A stretch of DNA of 53,377 nt. Origin: Phycisphaerae bacterium (GTDB lineage: Bacteria > Planctomycetota > Phycisphaerae > SM23-33). A program made the position numbers and the translations under genes. How positions within the stretch are numbered: the stretch's first letter is position 1; the number at the start of each line of letters is the position of its first letter. This document shows, one piece after another, positions 51,148 through 53,377 of the stretch. The notes under the pieces were generated by a model. The model searched no databases, was not told where the DNA came from, and was given only the letters and a program-made list of their open reading frames with translations. Location of the stretch: contig JAIORC010000167.1 in assembly GCA_021108335.1 (NCBI GenBank), forward strand, positions 1-53,377, written 5' to 3'.

Positions 51148-53232
51148 TTATTTCTCCGGCGGGAGGGGCGGCGTTGTTATGCCCAGGCGTAACTGGCAGC
51201 GGAGGCAGCGGGAGGCCTCAGCCACGGCAGCCTGCTCGTCGTAGCCAAGCTCTACCTGGCAGAAGCTTTTCGTCCGCTGGGCCGGTTCAAGCTCCGGTAT
51301 GGCAAGGCGGTCTTTCTCCGCGAAACCCTCAACCCTGCCGATATACGGCTCGTCCTGCTCGTCGGGAATATATTTCTGGTCGATATCGCCGTCGCCGTCG
51401 AGGTATTTGTCGATGGCTGTCGCTGCGACGCGCCCGGCGTTGATCGCCTTGATGACCGAAGCCGGCCCGTAGGCGATGTCGCCGCCGGCGAATACGCCCT
51501 GCCGGCTGGTGGCGGCGTTTTCGTTGACCTGTATTTCGCTCCACTTATTGACGTCCACGCCGAACGCCTCCGGCACGACCGACTGCTGGCCGATGGCTGC
51601 GACGAACCAGTCGCCTTCGATCTTGAACTCGCTGCCGTCTACGGGCACGGGTCTCCGTCGGCCGCTCGCGTCAGGCTTGCCAAGCTCCATGCGAATGCAC
51701 TCGATCTGCAGATTTTCATCGCGCGGGTGAATCCGCAGGGGATTCGTCAGGAAATTCATCTCCACGCCTTCGTCCAGGGCTGCCTGGATTTCCTCCGGCT
51801 CAGCGGGCATTTCCGCACGCGTCCGCCGGTAAACCAGCGTAACTTTATCCGCGCCCTTCCGCAGCGCGCTGCGGCAGACGTCGATGGCTACGTTGCCGCC
51901 GCCGACCACAACCACTCTGCCGGGCAGCTCGACATCCTCGCCGAGATTTATCCGCCGCAGCAGGGCGATACCGTCCGTCGCCCGCGCGTCGTCCTCGCCG
52001 TCGATGCCCATCATCGTGCCGTCAACCGCACCGATGCCCAGGTAAACCGCGTCGAACCCGTCGGCGAACAATTCGTCGAGAGATCCGACAGCCGTGTTGG
52101 TCTTCAGATCGACACCGATAGCGGTGATGTCCGCAATTTCCCGATCCAGAATTTCCGCCGGCAGTCGATAACGCGGAATACCCACTCGCATCATGCCGCC
52201 GGCTTCCGGCAGCGCCTCGAAAATCGTTACGGCATAGCCTTTCTTGCGGAGGAACCACGCCGCCGTCAGGCCGGCTGGGCCTGAACCGACGACCGCGACC
52301 TTTTTGCCCGTGTCGGCTGCGACTGTAACCCCCGGCTGCCAGCGACGGGAATCCTGCATGGCTGCGTACTGCTTCAACGCGCGAATGGCGATGGGTTTGT
52401 CCAGGCTTTCGCGGCGGCAGACCTCTTCGCATGGATGGTCGCACACACAGCCGAGCACCAACGGCAGCGGCGCCTTCTGGCGGATAACCTCGACGGCATC
52501 CTGATACTTGCCCTCGGCGATAAGCCCGACGTAACGGGGAATGTCGATACCCGCCGGGCAGGCGTTGGAACACGGCAAAAGGCTCTCTTCCCGCTCGGCC
52601 TCGGTGAAGGTGTTCTTGTCCACCAGCGCGCCGGTGGGGCAAACCTCCACGCACGCACCGCAGAAACGACACTGGGCGTCGGCAAGCGACTCGTCGCTGT
52701 TGGTGTTGACAATCGTGTCTATCCCGCGATTGACCAGCCCGATAGCCCCCACACCGCGAACCTTCTGGCACATCCGCACGCACCGCTCGCAGAGAATGCA
52801 GCGGTTCGGGTCGCGAACGTACAGCGGATCGTTTTCGGCGACGGGCAGAGGCGGCCTGGATTTTCTATGGCCTGCCGGAAATTCCTTCATGCCGATATAG
52901 TCCACCACCTTCTTGAACTGCGTGCCCTCGACCAGCTCGATCGGATACTCGCTAAGCAGCAGCCATATGAGATTCCGGCGGAATTCCTGGACGGCTGGGC
53001 CGTGGGTGCGAACGACCATGCCGTCGGCAGCCTTCGTCGTGCACGAAGTGGGAAAGCCTCGCATACCCTCGATCTCCACCACGCAAAGCCGGCATGCACC
53101 GATCGGGGTGAGGTCGGGATGATAGCACAGCGAAGGAATGTAAATCCCCGCCTGTTCCGCCGCCTCAAGAACGGTTTTGCCCTCTTGAACTTCAATCTTC
53201 TTATCGTCTACGGTTATCGTAATCATTTTCAT
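51148..53232 (-). CDS. Fusion oxidoreductase: NuoG/HydA-N-like [2Fe-2S] + 2x[4Fe-4S] ferredoxin module fused to a GltD/NfnB-like NAD(P)H-FAD oxidoreductase
   Basis: N-terminus ITITVDDKKIEVQEGKTVLEAAEQAGIYIPSLCYH...GACRLCVVEI; CILCERCVRMC and CRFCGACVEVCP; GltD-type CSNACPAG...CDHPCEEVC; VAVVGSGPAGLTAA and VVVVGGGNVAIDV dinucleotide folds. ATG 53232. Confidence 0.85.
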   Translation of the reverse strand: MKMITITVDDKKIEVQEGKTVLEAAEQAGIYIPSLCYHPDLTPIGACRLCVVEIEGMRGFPTSCTTKAADGMVVRTHGPAVQEFRRNLIWLLLSEYPIELVEGTQFKKVVDYIGMKEFPAGHRKSRPPLPVAENDPLYVRDPNRCILCERCVRMCQKVRGVGAIGLVNRGIDTIVNTNSDESLADAQCRFCGACVEVCPTGALVDKNTFTEAEREESLLPCSNACPAGIDIPRYVGLIAEGKYQDAVEVIRQKAPLPLVLGCVCDHPCEEVCRRESLDKPIAIRALKQYAAMQDSRRWQPGVTVAADTGKKVAVVGSGPAGLTAAWFLRKKGYAVTIFEALPEAGGMMRVGIPRYRLPAEILDREIADITAIGVDLKTNTAVGSLDELFADGFDAVYLGIGAVDGTMMGIDGEDDARATDGIALLRRINLGEDVELPGRVVVVGGGNVAIDVCRSALRKGADKVTLVYRRTRAEMPAEPEEIQAALDEGVEMNFLTNPLRIHPRDENLQIECIRMELGKPDASGRRRPVPVDGSEFKIEGDWFVAAIGQQSVVPEAFGVDVNKWSEIQVNENAATSRQGVFAGGDIAYGPASVIKAINAGRVAATAIDKYLDGDGDIDQKYIPDEQDEPYIGRVEGFAEKDRLAIPELEPAQRTKSFCQVELGYDEQAAVAEASRCLRCQLRLGITTPPLPPEK

Positions 53233-53249
53233 ACTCGCACTTTCTGGTC

Positions 53250-53377
53250 GCACAGGTTTGCCCCCAGGGGGGTTGTAACCTGTGCAATTTCCCACGATAT
53301 CGGGTGGCATGGAAATCCCGCGTTTTTTGCGGGATAGCCATGAAAGATCGATTCACAATTTCTGCGACATCTCTTTC
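53250..53377. repeat. Intergenic repeat mosaic J (truncated by the window end)
   Basis: GCACAGGTTTG-CCCCCAGGGGGG-TTGTAACCTGTGC at 53250-53285. 53283-53377 is the reverse complement of 19769-19863, with about 6 mismatches in 95 nt counted by eye. Confidence 0.85.

Overview
This is a 53.4-kb chromosomal segment, roughly 58-60% G+C by eye, from a diderm bacterium. It encodes a DUF1570-like HExxH protein, a PEP-CTERM protein and a pseudopilin-like membrane protein. Many proteins carry K/P/T/E-rich low-complexity tails, many starts have a weak or absent SD, and there are anaerobe-type redox and radical-SAM enzymes. Together this suggests a PVC/Planctomycetota-like (possibly Phycisphaerae-type) anaerobe, but that is inference only.

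Gene layout:
- 1-12.8 kb: a chemosensory cluster, cheW-cheR-cheD-cheY-cheX-cheB, then an antisense yajC, then cheA-mcp-mcp. The CheA is atypical and 1109 aa long. The two MCPs share a nearly identical signalling module.
- 13-20 kb: a clan GH-D glycosidase, a sensor-less histidine kinase, a zinc-ribbon membrane protein, a sigma54-type response regulator and mutL.
- 20-28 kb: a lipoprotein hydrolase, thpR, a low-GC membrane gene, tRNA-Glu, a GH130 enzyme, a low-GC HEAT-repeat gene bracketed by 62-bp direct repeats, leuC and a DUF1570-like protein.
- 28-38 kb: ftsH, lptE-like, bamD-like, recO, several membrane proteins including a tandemly duplicated cassette, and a radical SAM/SPASM enzyme.
- 38-46 kb: pyrR-pyrB-[low-GC DUF3800 insertion]-pyrC, a PilZ protein, an orphan MNT-type nucleotidyltransferase, a WD40-like protein and purD.
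- 46-53 kb: a STAS protein, an operon of DUF2752 plus two paralogous lipoproteins, a PEP-CTERM beta-propeller, and a NuoG-like/GltD-like fusion oxidoreductase.

The most unusual sequence-level signal is a dense set of short palindromic repeat modules, at least seven families. They are assembled into mosaics in at least eleven intergenic gaps, show compensatory stem changes between copies, and have no transposase in the window. One ~95-nt nested-stem element occurs twice, each time upstream of and co-oriented with a gene. No CRISPR array, rRNA, IS element or integrase was seen.
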